DNA from: Candidatus Bathyarchaeota archaeon
GTDB taxonomy: Archaea > Thermoproteota > Bathyarchaeia > Bathyarchaeales > Bathycorpusculaceae
DNA: 64,000 nucleotides
Assembly (NCBI GenBank): GCA_963717465.1
Contig: OY970340.1
Location: 768,001 to 832,000, forward strand
Direction of reading: 5' to 3'
Part shown: positions 10,179-21,065 of the stretch, piece by piece
How the letters are laid out: each line of letters begins with the position of its first letter
Numbering within the stretch: position 1 is the stretch's first letter
Translations under genes and position numbers: made by a program
The notes under the pieces: generated by a model
Seen by the model: only the letters and a program-made list of their open reading frames with translations
Database searches by the model: none
What the model was told of the DNA's origin: nothing

Positions 10179-11321
10179 TTAAGTTATTACATCTTGGAAA
10201 GTGACGAGTTCTACGGTTAGTGATGGTTTTACTGCTTCTGAGACGCGGGATGCGACTATGCGTTTAATTGTTTTTTCGCCTGCGATGTCTACTATTCTTT
10301 GAGTTATTATTCCGTCAAAAACAACTGTTTCTACGCCACTTACTTGCTGTAATCTATCTGCTAGCTGACTAACTGGCAGTCTTTCAATCAATTCAAATTT
10401 TTCATTGAGCAAAACTGCTTCAAGAGTGCCCTGCAACGTTTTCGCTGTTTGAGTGACAGATTCTGGCACTTCTACCTTAACTTTTTCAGGTTTCTTTTGT
10501 TTATAAACTTCAGATATAGGCACTCTGCTATCTAAAGCCTCAGCGATTTCTTTACAGTTGCATTCTTCGATTTCTTTTCCTCTCGGAGCACGACCGACAA
10601 ATTTTATGTTTGTTACCTGCAATAGTTCTTTAAGTATTAAGTCGCCTCCTCTGTCTCCATCTAACAATGCGGTGGCTTCTTTCTCTTTAGTCAACCGTTT
10701 TATTGACTCTGGAACTTTAGCGCCTTCAAGAGCAACTGTATTAACGAATCCGCAACGCATCAGGTTAATTATGTCAGCTCTTCCTTCAACAACAATAATT
10801 TCTTTTGAAAATTCCAATCCTGGTCCAGCGGGTAAATCTTCTGGTCCATACTTGTCTACTTTTCCAATTTTCATTGTATCGGATATTTCTTTGTAGACCT
10901 CGTCGACGCTGGGCATGGATTCAATGTTCCACTTATGAAGTATTTCTTTAGCCCGGTCAATGATTATTTTTCTTCGTGATTCACGGATATCTTCTATCTT
11001 GTCAAGGTTGACTTTTGCTGAGCATGGTCCAACGCGATTTATGCTTTCCACACTTGCCGCAATGAGAGCCGTGGAAACGCGGTCAAGGCTTGTTGGTATT
11101 GTTATTGCACCGTTTGTTCGGTCATTTTTCGAGTGTAATTCAATTTCTATTCTACCGATGCGTCCAGTTTTCTGAAGTTCCCTTAAGTCCAGTTCTGGAC
11201 CGAAAAGACCCTCAGTTTGACCAAAAACTGCTCCTATAACATCTGGTTTTTCAACTACACCCTCAATTTCAAATCTAGCGTGTATAACGTACTTTATAGT
11301 AAATGTTTGGGATGTTCCCGT
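10179..11321 (-). CDS. dnaG: archaeal DnaG (Toprim primase / exosome-associated); start non-canonical or mis-sequenced
   Basis: Frame open upstream of track start: KYVIHARFEIEGVVEKPDVIGAVFGQTEGLFGPELDLRELQKTGRIGRIE; Toprim IIVVEGRAD and DGDRGG. Confidence 0.93.
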   Translation of the reverse strand, partial: TGTSQTFTIKYVIHARFEIEGVVEKPDVIGAVFGQTEGLFGPELDLRELQKTGRIGRIEIELHSKNDRTNGAITIPTSLDRVSTALIAASVESINRVGPCSAKVNLDKIEDIRESRRKIIIDRAKEILHKWNIESMPSVDEVYKEISDTMKIGKVDKYGPEDLPAGPGLEFSKEIIVVEGRADIINLMRCGFVNTVALEGAKVPESIKRLTKEKEATALLDGDRGGDLILKELLQVTNIKFVGRAPRGKEIEECNCKEIAEALDSRVPISEVYKQKKPEKVKVEVPESVTQTAKTLQGTLEAVLLNEKFELIERLPVSQLADRLQQVSGVETVVFDGIITQRIVDIAGEKTIKRIVASRVSEAVKPSLTVELVTFQDVIT

Positions 11322-11855
11322 AAGCGTACACCTTCCTAATTCGAAGTTTATTTATTTAGTTTATTTAGTTAATTTTACTTAATCACATTAACGAGTTATT
11401 CTCGTAATTATGAGATTATCTTTGATTATTCACCTTTAGAATGTAACTGGCTATTTTATAACACTTTTGGCTAGAACCATCCGTACTCACACTTATACTT
11501 ATTAAAATTTGGCCAAAAATCGAAGAACTGTTTACTTTAGAACGAAAAATTATATTTGGCGGATCAAACGTTATTGACCAAATGCGGATAAACTAAAAAC
11601 ATAGCAGGGGGAAGAGAGAGGAGAGGAACCTTCCGCATTTGAAATCAATTGTTAATCCGCCAAATGCGCTACGTGGGTGGGTCTTGCAAAATAATAGGAA
11701 CTTAAAGAAACATAAAAGAATATGTGACTTCACCCCAATACCAACATTCATCGCACCCACCTGTATTCAATATTCTTAACTGGAGCTTTTATCGTCCAAC
11801 TTAAATAATAATAGTCACAAAGGTACGTTAGCTTGAGAATGCCTGGCGAATTAGT

Positions 11856-12633
11856 ATGAGTTTGCGAGTAAACCCTGAATATGAGAAGTTGTTGCCGAGA
11901 ATGTCAGATCCGGAATTTGGTGAGCTGAAAGAATCAATAAGGTTGGAGGGTCAGCATTATCCCATTATTGTTAATGAAAATCTTGAAGTTTTGGATGGTC
12001 ATCACAGGTTTAAGGCGTGCGTTGAATTGAATATTGAGCCCGATTTTGAGGTTCGTAAATTTGAGGATAAACTTGTTGAGAAAAAATTCGTTATAGAAGC
12101 AAATTTGCGGAGACGGCACTTAAATAATTTTCAACTTGTAGAGTTAGCTGTTCCATTATTAGAAATAGAAAAAGCAATTGCTAAAAAGAAACAAGTTAAA
12201 GTTGTCAAAAACCAAGAGAGTGTCCTATCGGAAGAGATATCTGAAGACCTTGCGCCTGAATTAAGGGCAAAAGCAACTGAAACAGTGACTAAAAAAGCTG
12301 GAGTTTCGCCTCGAACGTTTGAGCGTGGTAAAAAAATTTTGGAAAACGCAAGCGAAGACCAAAAGCAAAATTTGAGAGAAGGAAAAACAAGCATTTCTAA
12401 AGTTTACAGTGAAATCGTTGGGTCCAATGTTAAAAAACGGGAAAAACCCGAGATTGACCCTTTGGATCCACGGTTTGAAAAAAATAAAACTGCTTTTTAT
12501 GCTTTAGTTAGAAGCATGGTTGAGCAAGGGATCTTTTGTCCTTCCTGCGGTAGCAAACTATTCGAATGTAGCTAAATGTCACAAGACACTTCAGGACTTG
12601 GCACAATTACAGTTAAATGATAAGTCTTCTTGA
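11856..12633 (+). CDS. ParB/Srx N-terminal domain protein with HTH and C-terminal Zn ribbon (indel ~12570)
   Basis: LKESIRLEGQHYPIIV..VLDGHHRFKAC, NLRRRHL, AGVSPRT; CPSC..FEC-KC continues in shifted frame. Confidence 0.8.
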
Positions 12634-12842
12634 TTTTCGTCAGTGTTGGTCTCTGATCTAATGTTCTAATGTTGTTTTTATGGGAATATCTAGTGAGCCG
12701 TTTAGGTGCAGCATTCCTCTTCTCAATTTACCATTGATTTCGATGGAATTTTGAAAAGTAAAACTAAAACTTGGGTGCGGAAAAGGGGTCATGAATACTA
12801 AAGATTGTCAGACTGTTAAGTTAAGCGATCACGGACACGCGC

Positions 12843-14525
12843 TCAAGCTTTTTCTTTGCACTCTGCCAACTGGTCATCAACAGGTTTGCCACCTCTAAAC
12901 GCTGAGAAAATTGCAGCTATGAAGCACAGGGCGGCACTGATAATGAAAGCTAGCTGAAGTGCACTCATGAAGGGTGCCGAGATAGCGTTTGGGAAAAATG
13001 TTGGTCCTGTTAATTTCGCCATTGCCGATTGAGGTATAGCATTGACTACATATGAGGGCAGTTGGGCCAGCATTGTGTTGATTGGGTTGTAACCTAGGAA
13101 TGCTCCAAATAAAGCGCTCGTCGCAGGTATAGAACTGAAGGCTTGCGCTATTTGTGAAGTTGCTCCAGCGCTCGTCACAGCCGAAGCTAAGGCGCTCGGT
13201 AATGAAGTGTTGAGGGAAATAATTATGATGGTGAAAAATATCGCTAAGCTGACAGTTTGGGCACAATTCTGAAGAGTGGCACGCATGCCTGATGCAACAC
13301 CTCTATGTTCTGCTGGAACACTGTTCATAACTGCTGCCGTGTTGGGCGAAAAGAAGAGACCGTTACCAATGCCCATTATGAAGAGCACGATGCCGAACGT
13401 TAGATAGGCAAAGTTTGCTTGGAAAAACGATAAAGCCAGCAGAGCAAGGCCCGTTATGCAACAACCCAGCGTAGCATAGAATCTTGCTCCATGCTTGTCT
13501 GACAACCATCCGCTGATTGGACCTGCAACTACGAAACCGATAGTCATAGGTATCATGAAAATCCCCGCCCAGAATGGTGCAGACTCGTAGCTGTACCCAT
13601 GAAGCGGAAGCCAAATGCCCTGAAGCAAAATGATAAGCATTATCATCACGCCACCCCTAGCCATGGAACTTAGAAACGAGGCGAGGTTGCCCATACTGTA
13701 CGCCTTTATCCTGAATAAGTCAAGTTTAAACAAAGGCTCTGAAACACGCTGCTCAATAAACGGAAATGCAATGAGCAAAGCAGCTCCGCTGATAAAAGAA
13801 GCAATGACCCATGGGCTGCCCCATCCCATAGGAGAATTGCCATAAGGCATTAAACCATAAGTGATTCCAAGGATAAGAAGCGTTAAGCCAACGCCGAAAG
13901 TTATGTTTCCCCAAACATCCAATTTCTGGTTACGTTTAATTGTGCCATGCTCTTTCATTTTCCAGTAAGACCAGATGGTGCCGAAAGCGCCGACGGGAAC
14001 GCTTACAAGGAAGATCAATCGCCAATCAATGGTTGCCAGTATGCCACCAAGAATCAAGCCAACTAGTGAACCTGCTAGGAAAAAAACACCGTTGATTCCG
14101 AGCGCCTTCCCCCGTTCATTAACGGGAAAAGCATCAGTGATAATTGCGGCGCTATTTGCAAATATGAATGCACCGCCTATGCCTTGAATTATTCGAAAAA
14201 TGATTAGTTCTAATGCACCTAAATTGCCTGTGCTCCACACTATCGAGCAGAGTATTGAGCCGACTGTGAAGATTGCGAACCCAAGATTAAACAGTTTTAC
14301 TCTTCCAAACATGTCTGAAATTCTGCCGAAAGTAACAAGAAGAGTTGCGGTAACTAAGCCATAGCCGAAAAGTAGCCAAAGCATGTAATCGAAAGATGTG
14401 AAAGGATTGATGTTAATTCCCCTGAAAATAGCAGGAAGTGATATCAGAACAATAGTGCCATCTATTGAAGCCATCAAAGTGCCAATGGTGGTGTTGGAAA
14501 GAGCAACCCACTTGTATTCAACCAT
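12843..14525 (-). CDS. MFS transporter, DHA2 (EmrB/QacA) family
   Basis: About 14 TM helices; [18 protein letters not shown] and ERGKALG motifs. Confidence 0.93.
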   Translation of the reverse strand: MVEYKWVALSNTTIGTLMASIDGTIVLISLPAIFRGININPFTSFDYMLWLLFGYGLVTATLLVTFGRISDMFGRVKLFNLGFAIFTVGSILCSIVWSTGNLGALELIIFRIIQGIGGAFIFANSAAIITDAFPVNERGKALGINGVFFLAGSLVGLILGGILATIDWRLIFLVSVPVGAFGTIWSYWKMKEHGTIKRNQKLDVWGNITFGVGLTLLILGITYGLMPYGNSPMGWGSPWVIASFISGAALLIAFPFIEQRVSEPLFKLDLFRIKAYSMGNLASFLSSMARGGVMIMLIILLQGIWLPLHGYSYESAPFWAGIFMIPMTIGFVVAGPISGWLSDKHGARFYATLGCCITGLALLALSFFQANFAYLTFGIVLFIMGIGNGLFFSPNTAAVMNSVPAEHRGVASGMRATLQNCAQTVSLAIFFTIIIISLNTSLPSALASAVTSAGATSQIAQAFSSIPATSALFGAFLGYNPINTMLAQLPSYVVNAIPQSAMAKLTGPTFFPNAISAPFMSALQLAFIISAALCFIAAIFSAFRGGKPVDDQLAECKEKA

Positions 14526-14865
14526 AAATTAGCAGTCTCCTATGTTAATTGATTTTATTGCAGTTCCCGCTAGGTTTTAGGAAATGTTTCAGTGCAATAT
14601 GTTTCATTAGGATATAAGGATTTTCTAAAGCCACTGGCAGGACCCAACGAAATGATGCGAAAAAATGCTTAATATGCGGTCAGCTTTTAAATATTGGCGA
14701 CGCGCGCTAAAAACTATGGTCGAATTCAAATTACTTTGCCCTGCTATTCAAAGAATTGCTAAGCGTTGATAAATTTATTTGCCGAAGATTCAGCACAATT
14801 TAATAGTGTAAGAAACGAACGCAAAAGACCCAAAAGAGAAAAAGTGAGCTTAATTTGATTGCTTC

Positions 14866-15531
14866 TTATTTTATTGAGGCATAAAATTCCTTAACCTTTT
14901 GGGAAGCGTTTGGCATTAGAGGTTCCCCGTGACCGCTTAGTAGTACATCAAAATCAAACGTGGATATCAGTCCAATAGATTCCTTTGCTTTGACCGGGTC
15001 CAAAGTGAAACTTTCAGGTGGACCCGCAATTTTGCGATTTCTAAATGTAATGGCATCTCCAACAAAGATTACTTTCTTTTCGGTGTTCAGAAGGGATATG
15101 CTTCCATATGAATGTCCAGGTGTGTGAATGACTGTTAATTTGCCGATTTTATCGTTATTTTTCAACAGCAAGTCTGGTTCCACAGGTGCTGTTTTTACAA
15201 CTGACGAAAAAGCTTTGAGCAAAACGTTTTTTGGTTTAGGCGGCGCTTTTTTTCCAGCTACAATATCAGCTTCGTTTTCATGTACAGCTATTTTAGCGTT
15301 AGTTTGTTTCTTTAATTTTTGAGCGCTTCCAACGTGATCAATGTGAAAATGTGTCAAAATAATCGTTGATACATCCTGAGGCTCACAGCCTATTGAGTGG
15401 ACATATTTTAGTATTTTTCCATCGCTTCTAGGCATACCGGTGTCGATTAAAATTAACTTGCCCACATCTTTAACAAGGTAAACGTTGCCGTTAATTCCAT
15501 CAACCTGATGAATTCCATCGACAATTTCCAT
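14866..15531 (-). CDS. metallo-beta-lactamase fold hydrolase
   Basis: LIDTG, THFHIDHVG, HTPGHS, VGDA and SGHG motifs. Confidence 0.92.
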   Translation of the reverse strand: MEIVDGIHQVDGINGNVYLVKDVGKLILIDTGMPRSDGKILKYVHSIGCEPQDVSTIILTHFHIDHVGSAQKLKKQTNAKIAVHENEADIVAGKKAPPKPKNVLLKAFSSVVKTAPVEPDLLLKNNDKIGKLTVIHTPGHSYGSISLLNTEKKVIFVGDAITFRNRKIAGPPESFTLDPVKAKESIGLISTFDFDVLLSGHGEPLMPNASQKVKEFYASIK

Positions 15532-15746
15532 TCAAATTCCTTAAGATTGTTAACACGGTAGCTTGAACTTAAAAAGATTATCACTTCAAGCTGATGGCGG
15601 TTGGGAAAACATCAAAATTGTTTGTCGAATTGTGATCGTTATGCGTCGCTTATTCTTGTTTTTTGTCAATGGAAAAGCGAAAGCTGGGTATTGACAGAGA
15701 AAAGTTAAAGGTGTAATCTGGCAATAGCTTTTAATGGCGAGAGATA

Positions 15747-16088
15747 TTGAAAAAACCAGAAGATGCCAAACAACTCATTGCGCAACCCTCGAAATTGCAA
15801 AACTTAATTGATTATCAAACCAGTTCCGTTGTCAGCCGAACAATAATTGATAAGAAAACTGGTACCGTAACATTGTTTGCGTTTGATAAAGGGCAGGGTT
15901 TAAGCGAGCATACAGCTCCCTATGACGCGTTGGTTTATGTCCTTGATGGAGAAGTTAACGTAACAATATCGGGAAAACCAGTAAAACTAGCACAGGGTGA
16001 AATGACTATTATACCGGCTAACCACCCGCACGCGCTTCATGCAGTTGCCCGTTTCAAAATGTTGCTGATAATGATAAAATCAAACTAA
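15747..16088 (+). CDS. cupin domain protein
   Basis: LFAFDKGQGLSEHTAPYDA...PANHPHALHA. Confidence 0.9.
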   Translation: MKKPEDAKQLIAQPSKLQNLIDYQTSSVVSRTIIDKKTGTVTLFAFDKGQGLSEHTAPYDALVYVLDGEVNVTISGKPVKLAQGEMTIIPANHPHALHAVARFKMLLIMIKSN

Positions 16089-16715
16089 TTTTTTACCCCA
16101 AGTGTCCACAAAGCAAAAGTCGCTAAGACTATTTCTTTTGCTTGAAGCTTTTTCAGCTGGGTAGCCAACGGCAATTAACGCTTGAGGCTCTATGTTCTTT
16201 GGAATTTTCAGTGCTTTTCTTACTGTTTGTTTGCAAAAACTTGGCGCTGAAAACCAGCATGCACCCAAACCCTTAGCATGCACCATGAGCAGCAAGTTCT
16301 GTATCGCCGCTCCTAAACTTTGCATGGCTAAGTCTCGTTCACATTTTTTTCTCTTGGCATCATTAAACTTTCTCATATTCTCCAAGCTTAAGCACGCAAG
16401 AATAAGCGCTGGTGCATTTGCAAACCTTTCGACATTGGCCTTACGCTTTGAGGCCTCAATTTTGGCGCCATCTTTAATCAAATCCGCATCCCACGCCTTA
16501 GCCATAGCCTCTGACAACTCCTCTTTCACGGACGCTTTTTCCAATACTATGAATCTCCAAGGTTGCGCGTTGTGTGCTGAAGGAGCCCACCTTGCAGCTT
16601 CCAACATTTCTTTAATGTCTTCTGTGGAGACTTGTTTTGGAACGTATTTTCTGATGCTTCGCCGATCTTTAATTGCCTTGATTATTTTAGACATGATAGA
16701 TGATTTATCTAGCAT
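16080..16715 (-). CDS. nitroreductase family protein (FbiB C-terminal-like)
   Basis: RRSIRKY, APSAHNAQPWRF, GAAIQNLLL and GLGACW motifs. Confidence 0.9.
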   Translation of the reverse strand: MLDKSSIMSKIIKAIKDRRSIRKYVPKQVSTEDIKEMLEAARWAPSAHNAQPWRFIVLEKASVKEELSEAMAKAWDADLIKDGAKIEASKRKANVERFANAPALILACLSLENMRKFNDAKRKKCERDLAMQSLGAAIQNLLLMVHAKGLGACWFSAPSFCKQTVRKALKIPKNIEPQALIAVGYPAEKASSKRNSLSDFCFVDTWGKKLV

Positions 16716-16992
16716 TAGTTAATAAAACTTGAACGATTTCTAATGCCAGAATTTATTTGGTATCGAGGAATGAAGATTAAATTCCAAGAATAGAAAAATG
16801 CATGCAAACCAAGTAACCCAAAATGCTGCCTCCGACAAAACAAAGAAGCATAATCAAGCCATCGTGTTTTCCTTCAGTTGAATCAAACTTTCCTAACATT
16901 AATATCACTTATTATATGGATTCCGTTTCCTTATGAGAAATGTTTTATGAAGGATAAGTTAATATTTCAAATCACAAAAGCTTTTTAGCTAT

Positions 16993-17069
16993 GGGCCGGT
17001 CGTCCAGCTCGGTAAGACGTCGCCCTCACGCGGCGAAGATCACCGGTTCAAATCCGGTCCGGCCCACCA
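16993..17069 (+). tRNA. tRNA-Val(CAC), intronless, CCA encoded
   Basis: GGGCCGG acceptor stem pairs with CCGGCCC; anticodon arm TCGCC-CTCACGC-GGCGA; T-loop GGTTCAAATCC. Confidence 0.96.
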
Positions 17070-17461
17070 ACTCGTTTCTGTCTTCGCGCATTTTGATTTT
17101 CTTGCAGATGTTGATTAGCATGGGTACGGATAAGCAAGGCCAATGAGAATGGTGACTGTTTTAATTTGCATTCCTAACATGTATGGAACATACAGCTAAT
17201 ACCCTGAAATTCTGTATCGAACTTGGGCAATTTCACTGCTGGGGATGCATACAAGGACTGTAAAGTTGCTGCTTTGAAGACTTCGAGGGCTTGACTAATG
17301 TTCTTTTTTGTTATTTTTTGGTTGCTACTCATTTTTGGCTAAAAAGATTTTTATGTTTGAACTCAGTTTTGAGATGCTACTCATAAATTGGTGGGATTAG
17401 TATTTCAACATTCAACAACTCAATATATTTACAGAATTTAGCTTCAAGACGAAGAAAAGAT

Positions 17462-18004
17462 ATGGCTGCCCTAATTATGGGAGTAGCCGCAGGCGTCATT
17501 GCAATGGTTGCGGAAAGAGTTGACGCAGGATTGACTGGAGGGAACGCAACACCATTAGGCTACATTAACACTTACACTTGGCTTCTAGTTGCCATAGCGC
17601 TGACTGGTCTAAGAGGTGGAATCATAACAACTGAAATTCAAGCAGTGCTGGGACTGGTGGCTTATTCCAATCCGCTTTCTTGGTTATGGCCTTTTATGAA
17701 TTTAGTTTTCGCCTTACTCGCAGGAGTCACTTGGATGGCTGTTACCAAACTCAAATCTTCAGCAGGGCTCAAGTCAAAAATTCTTCTCTCATCCATCTCA
17801 TGCGCCCTTTTGGATATTCCGATGGTGTACGTTGTAATTGTACTAGTGTTAGGCTTGCCCTTTGTTGCCTACCTTGGAGTTTTGCCTATGTACATTGCCC
17901 TTCAAATAATTCCTTCAAGCATACTAGCTTTCTTGATTGTTAAAGTGATCATTCGCTCAGGTGTCTTAGGCAAATCACCTGAAAAAGGAGTAAAAACGGA
18001 TTGA
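17462..18004 (+). CDS. polytopic membrane protein, ECF S-component-like
   Basis: About 180 aa with 5-6 TM helices, S-component-like size and pattern; stop overlaps next start. Confidence 0.55.
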   Translation: MAALIMGVAAGVIAMVAERVDAGLTGGNATPLGYINTYTWLLVAIALTGLRGGIITTEIQAVLGLVAYSNPLSWLWPFMNLVFALLAGVTWMAVTKLKSSAGLKSKILLSSISCALLDIPMVYVVIVLVLGLPFVAYLGVLPMYIALQIIPSSILAFLIVKVIIRSGVLGKSPEKGVKTD

Positions 18005-19129
18005 GCCAATCATCGCAAAATATTCGAGAAATGTTCATTAAGCTTTCAAAAAGGCAAAACTTAACTGCTGAAGAGGCAAAATTTGCGGCAAATCAAGTTT
18101 TCGGCGAGTTGAAAACAACTGATCCAGCCAGCATATTGCCATTGGTCAGCTTTTTCGGAAGTTTGACAGTTAAGGAAACCACAAATGAGGAACTTTTAGG
18201 CATAGCAAACGCCATGGAAACATCAAGAAATTTTACTTTTAACTTTGATACTAAGAAACCGCTGGTTACCGCTGGTGGAACAGGTGGAGACACAATACCC
18301 ACGATAAATGTGACCACGACAGCAATTATAGTTGCAGCGGCTGCTGGTGCTAATGCATTAAAAAGTGGGTCCTCAGCGTTTTCATCGAAGACTGGGTCAT
18401 CTGACGTGGCTGAGGCAATGGGTATTAATATTTATGCCTCAAAAGAAGTGGTTAAAAAATGCGTTGATGACATCGGTGTTACCGCTTGGGCTTCAGGCGG
18501 CGTTTACCCGTGGATGTATCCTTTAATTGAGCTAGGTTCAAAGCCACCTACAAGCACTGTTATGCCATTGTTGTATAGCTTAAGGTTTGCAATAGCCACT
18601 GGGCTAAACCCGTTTTCTCTTAAACGCCAAGTAAGAGGCGTCAGCAAGCCGATTAATGAAAAAATCGCTGAAGTATGGTTAGGATTGGGCTATGAAAAAG
18701 CTTTAGCAGTTACAGGCTATGGCAAGACTGATGGGATCATAATTGATGAGCTTTCAGTTTATGGCAAAAACCGTATTTCAGAGTTAAAAAAGGATGGCAG
18801 CATTGAAACGTACATGGTTTATCCTGAAGATGCAGGAATAAAAACAGCGGATTCGTATACAAGAAGCTGCGGCAAAGGAAAGCCATGTTAAAAATGCTAA
18901 GGTCTCTATGGACATACTTTCTGGAAAAGACCAAACTTCAAGAAGGGACCTCATTCTATTTAATGCTGCGGCAATTCTTTACGTTGCAGATGAAGTTAAA
19001 ACATTCAAGGACGGATATGAAAAGGCATCGCAAGCAGTAAATGAAGGCAAAGCGTTGGAAAAGCTGCGAAATTTAGTTTTGCTCAGTGGTGGTCAAAGAG
19101 CAAAAACCGATGCCCTTTTGAAGCGATAA
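18001..19129 (+). CDS. anthranilate phosphoribosyltransferase-like (TrpD family) protein, indel ~18860
   Basis: GGTGGD..TINVTT, KSGSSAFSSKTGSSDV, DELS, PEDAG and LFNAAAIL motifs. Confidence 0.85.
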
Positions 19130-19134
19130 AGAAG

Positions 19135-19365
19135 GTGAAATGGTTGATTGAAAAGTACGAATTAAAGACAGATCATAAAAAATTTGTTAAGCTTGAAAAC
19201 GCAAAGAACTTATTTGAAAAGGATACGGGTAAAAAAATCGAGTTGGCAGATTTTATCGACATGCTAGTTGACACGTTCATATCGTACAGAAACGCTAGAG
19301 GGCCATCTGAAAGCTCCCTTTTAGAAAACTTTGCCAAAAAGCCAAAAACAAAAAATCACTTATGA
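19135..19365 (+). CDS. small hypothetical protein
   Basis: 76-aa ORF directly after the trpD-like gene; AGGTGA SD suggests a TTG start at ~19147. Confidence 0.5.
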   Translation: MKWLIEKYELKTDHKKFVKLENAKNLFEKDTGKKIELADFIDMLVDTFISYRNARGPSESSLLENFAKKPKTKNHL

Positions 19366-20027
19366 ACTGAATACCACAAAACCAGTAAACCATCCACACA
19401 TTCCATTCGCTCCAACGTTAAAGCTACCGCATCATCAGAAACTGTAAAGCCCGCACCTTCAACAAGCGTCGGAGCAGTTTTTCCGCCCCAAACATAAGGC
19501 ATAATCCAAACAAACAATTCGTCAACAAGCTTTTCTTTAAAAAAACTCCAGCGTACTTCGCCGCCGCCTTCAATCAGCATCTTTTTCACGCCACGCTTTT
19601 CTAATTCATTTAGAAGCTCTTTCAGATCAACCCTTTCGTTGCTGCTAGTTATCATTACGTCAACGTTTCTGCATTTTAGTTGCAGGATACGTTCTTTTGA
19701 GGCTTTTTCTGATACTGCAATTAGTGTTGATGCGTCGTTATTCAGCACTTTTGAGTTCGGAGGCGTTCTAGCATTACTGTCAAGTATAACTCTTAGCGGA
19801 TTTTTCCCTTCAACAGCACGAACGGTCAACGATGGATTATCCGCTATGACTGTATCAACGCCAATCAATATGGCATCAACTTCAGAGCGAATTTTATGGA
19901 GCATTTTTAAGTGCACCGGAGTCATGAACTTGGTGAATTCTTTCCCGTTTCTGTTGGCAGGTGCGATTTTGCCATCTATACTCATGAATCCGCCTACAAT
20001 AACATTAATGTCATGCAAAGGGTACAC
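19356..20027 (-). CDS. RibD C-terminal reductase family (2,5-diamino-6-ribosylamino-pyrimidinone 5'-phosphate reductase-like)
   Basis: MSIDGKIA, DAILIGVDTVIADNPSLTVR and LIEGGGE motifs. Confidence 0.88.
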   Translation of the reverse strand: MYPLHDINVIVGGFMSIDGKIAPANRNGKEFTKFMTPVHLKMLHKIRSEVDAILIGVDTVIADNPSLTVRAVEGKNPLRVILDSNARTPPNSKVLNNDASTLIAVSEKASKERILQLKCRNVDVMITSSNERVDLKELLNELEKRGVKKMLIEGGGEVRWSFFKEKLVDELFVWIMPYVWGGKTAPTLVEGAGFTVSDDAVALTLERMECVDGLLVLWYSVHK

Positions 20028-20149
20028 TTCAATAACAAACCGTTTGTTTTAACATTTAGCTTTTCTTATAGGGCTGTAAGGGGTTTGGGCCGTTTTAGAG
20101 CCCGTTTTGGAAAATGTTTATTAGGACGTGTTGTTATCTATTATTTTTG

Positions 20150-20174
20150 TCGATATCGAATATCCGATATCGGA
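20150..20174. promoter_or_regulatory. tandem CGATATCG palindromes, putative PadR autoregulatory operator
   Basis: TCGATATCGA (20150-20159) and TCCGATATCGGA (20163-20174) just upstream of padR. Confidence 0.65.
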
Positions 20175-20196
20175 ATAAAAATTGAGGTGAAAATCA

Positions 20197-20621
20197 ATGT
20201 TTAGTCTCTTCAAAAGAGGCGGACTTCGTGCATGGATACTTGCACTTCTAAGGCAATCTCCTAAGAACGGAACAGAAATAATGGATCATATTGAAATGGC
20301 AAGCCAAGGCTGGTGGAGACCTTCACCCGGCTCAGTTTACCCGTTGCTTGAGGAACTTTCAAGAGATGGATTCATAAGGAAACGTGAAGACGGCAGATAT
20401 GAAATGACGGAAAAAGAGTGTGCTGGAACCCGTATTTGCCGCCATGGGGAAATTATACTAAAGTGCCAAGAACCCCGCAAGAAATTGTCGTCGAAATGGA
20501 ATCCAACATCGCATATTTAGAAGATAAGGTAAGAGTTGACAAAACAAACATCGGGGATTTTGCTGGGCGATTGCAAAACATTAAAGATCGCATAGACGAA
20601 ATCATACAACAAAAAAACTGA
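20197..20621 (+). CDS. PadR family transcriptional regulator (indel ~20418)
   Basis: RGGLRAWILALL...WWRPSPGSVYPLLEEL...GRYEMT. Confidence 0.88.
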
Positions 20622-20715
20622 ATCGGCAAAAAGAAAATAAGCCTAAATGGCACTTTACCTTTTTTTCATTTGTGAGATAAAAATAAATAATTTATATAAA
20701 TTAGCGAAAAAGAGC

Positions 20716-20916
20716 TTATTTTTCTTCTTCGTGTATTTCGCATTTTAGCTTCTTTACTATTTCGTCAACTCTTAACGGTTCAATCTTTAACGTGTACAGT
20801 TGACTTGGTGTTCGAAGCTTCAGTTTAACTGTTTCTTTAAGTCTTTTAACCATGCAATATTTTGCTTTGGCGCTCATCGCCACGAATTTTTCTATATCAG
20901 TAATTTCAGACGGCAT
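20716..20916 (-). CDS. rpl38e: 50S ribosomal protein L38e
   Basis: MPSEITDIEKF...VKLKLRTPSQLYTLK. Confidence 0.85.
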   Translation of the reverse strand: MPSEITDIEKFVAMSAKAKYCMVKRLKETVKLKLRTPSQLYTLKIEPLRVDEIVKKLKCEIHEEEK

Positions 20917-21065
20917 ATGATTTCCTCATTAATGAATGCACTGATGATCTGAAGCTTTTTATCTGTTTTGGTATCACTTGGCTCAAAGAAAAAACATCAT
21001 TTGCTAAGGCATGGTTAGTTCAAAATAAAGAAAAAGGCGAATTCAAGACTTTTGAGCGCATTAGA

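Noticed and set aside
16192..16722. Long antisense ORFs (e.g. 16192-16722, 19639-20052, 36423-36917)
   Set aside because: Shadows of well-supported genes on the opposite strand, with no recognisable motifs.
16993..17460. Integrated element at tRNA-Val
   Set aside because: No integrase and no duplicated tRNA 3' end seen in the window.
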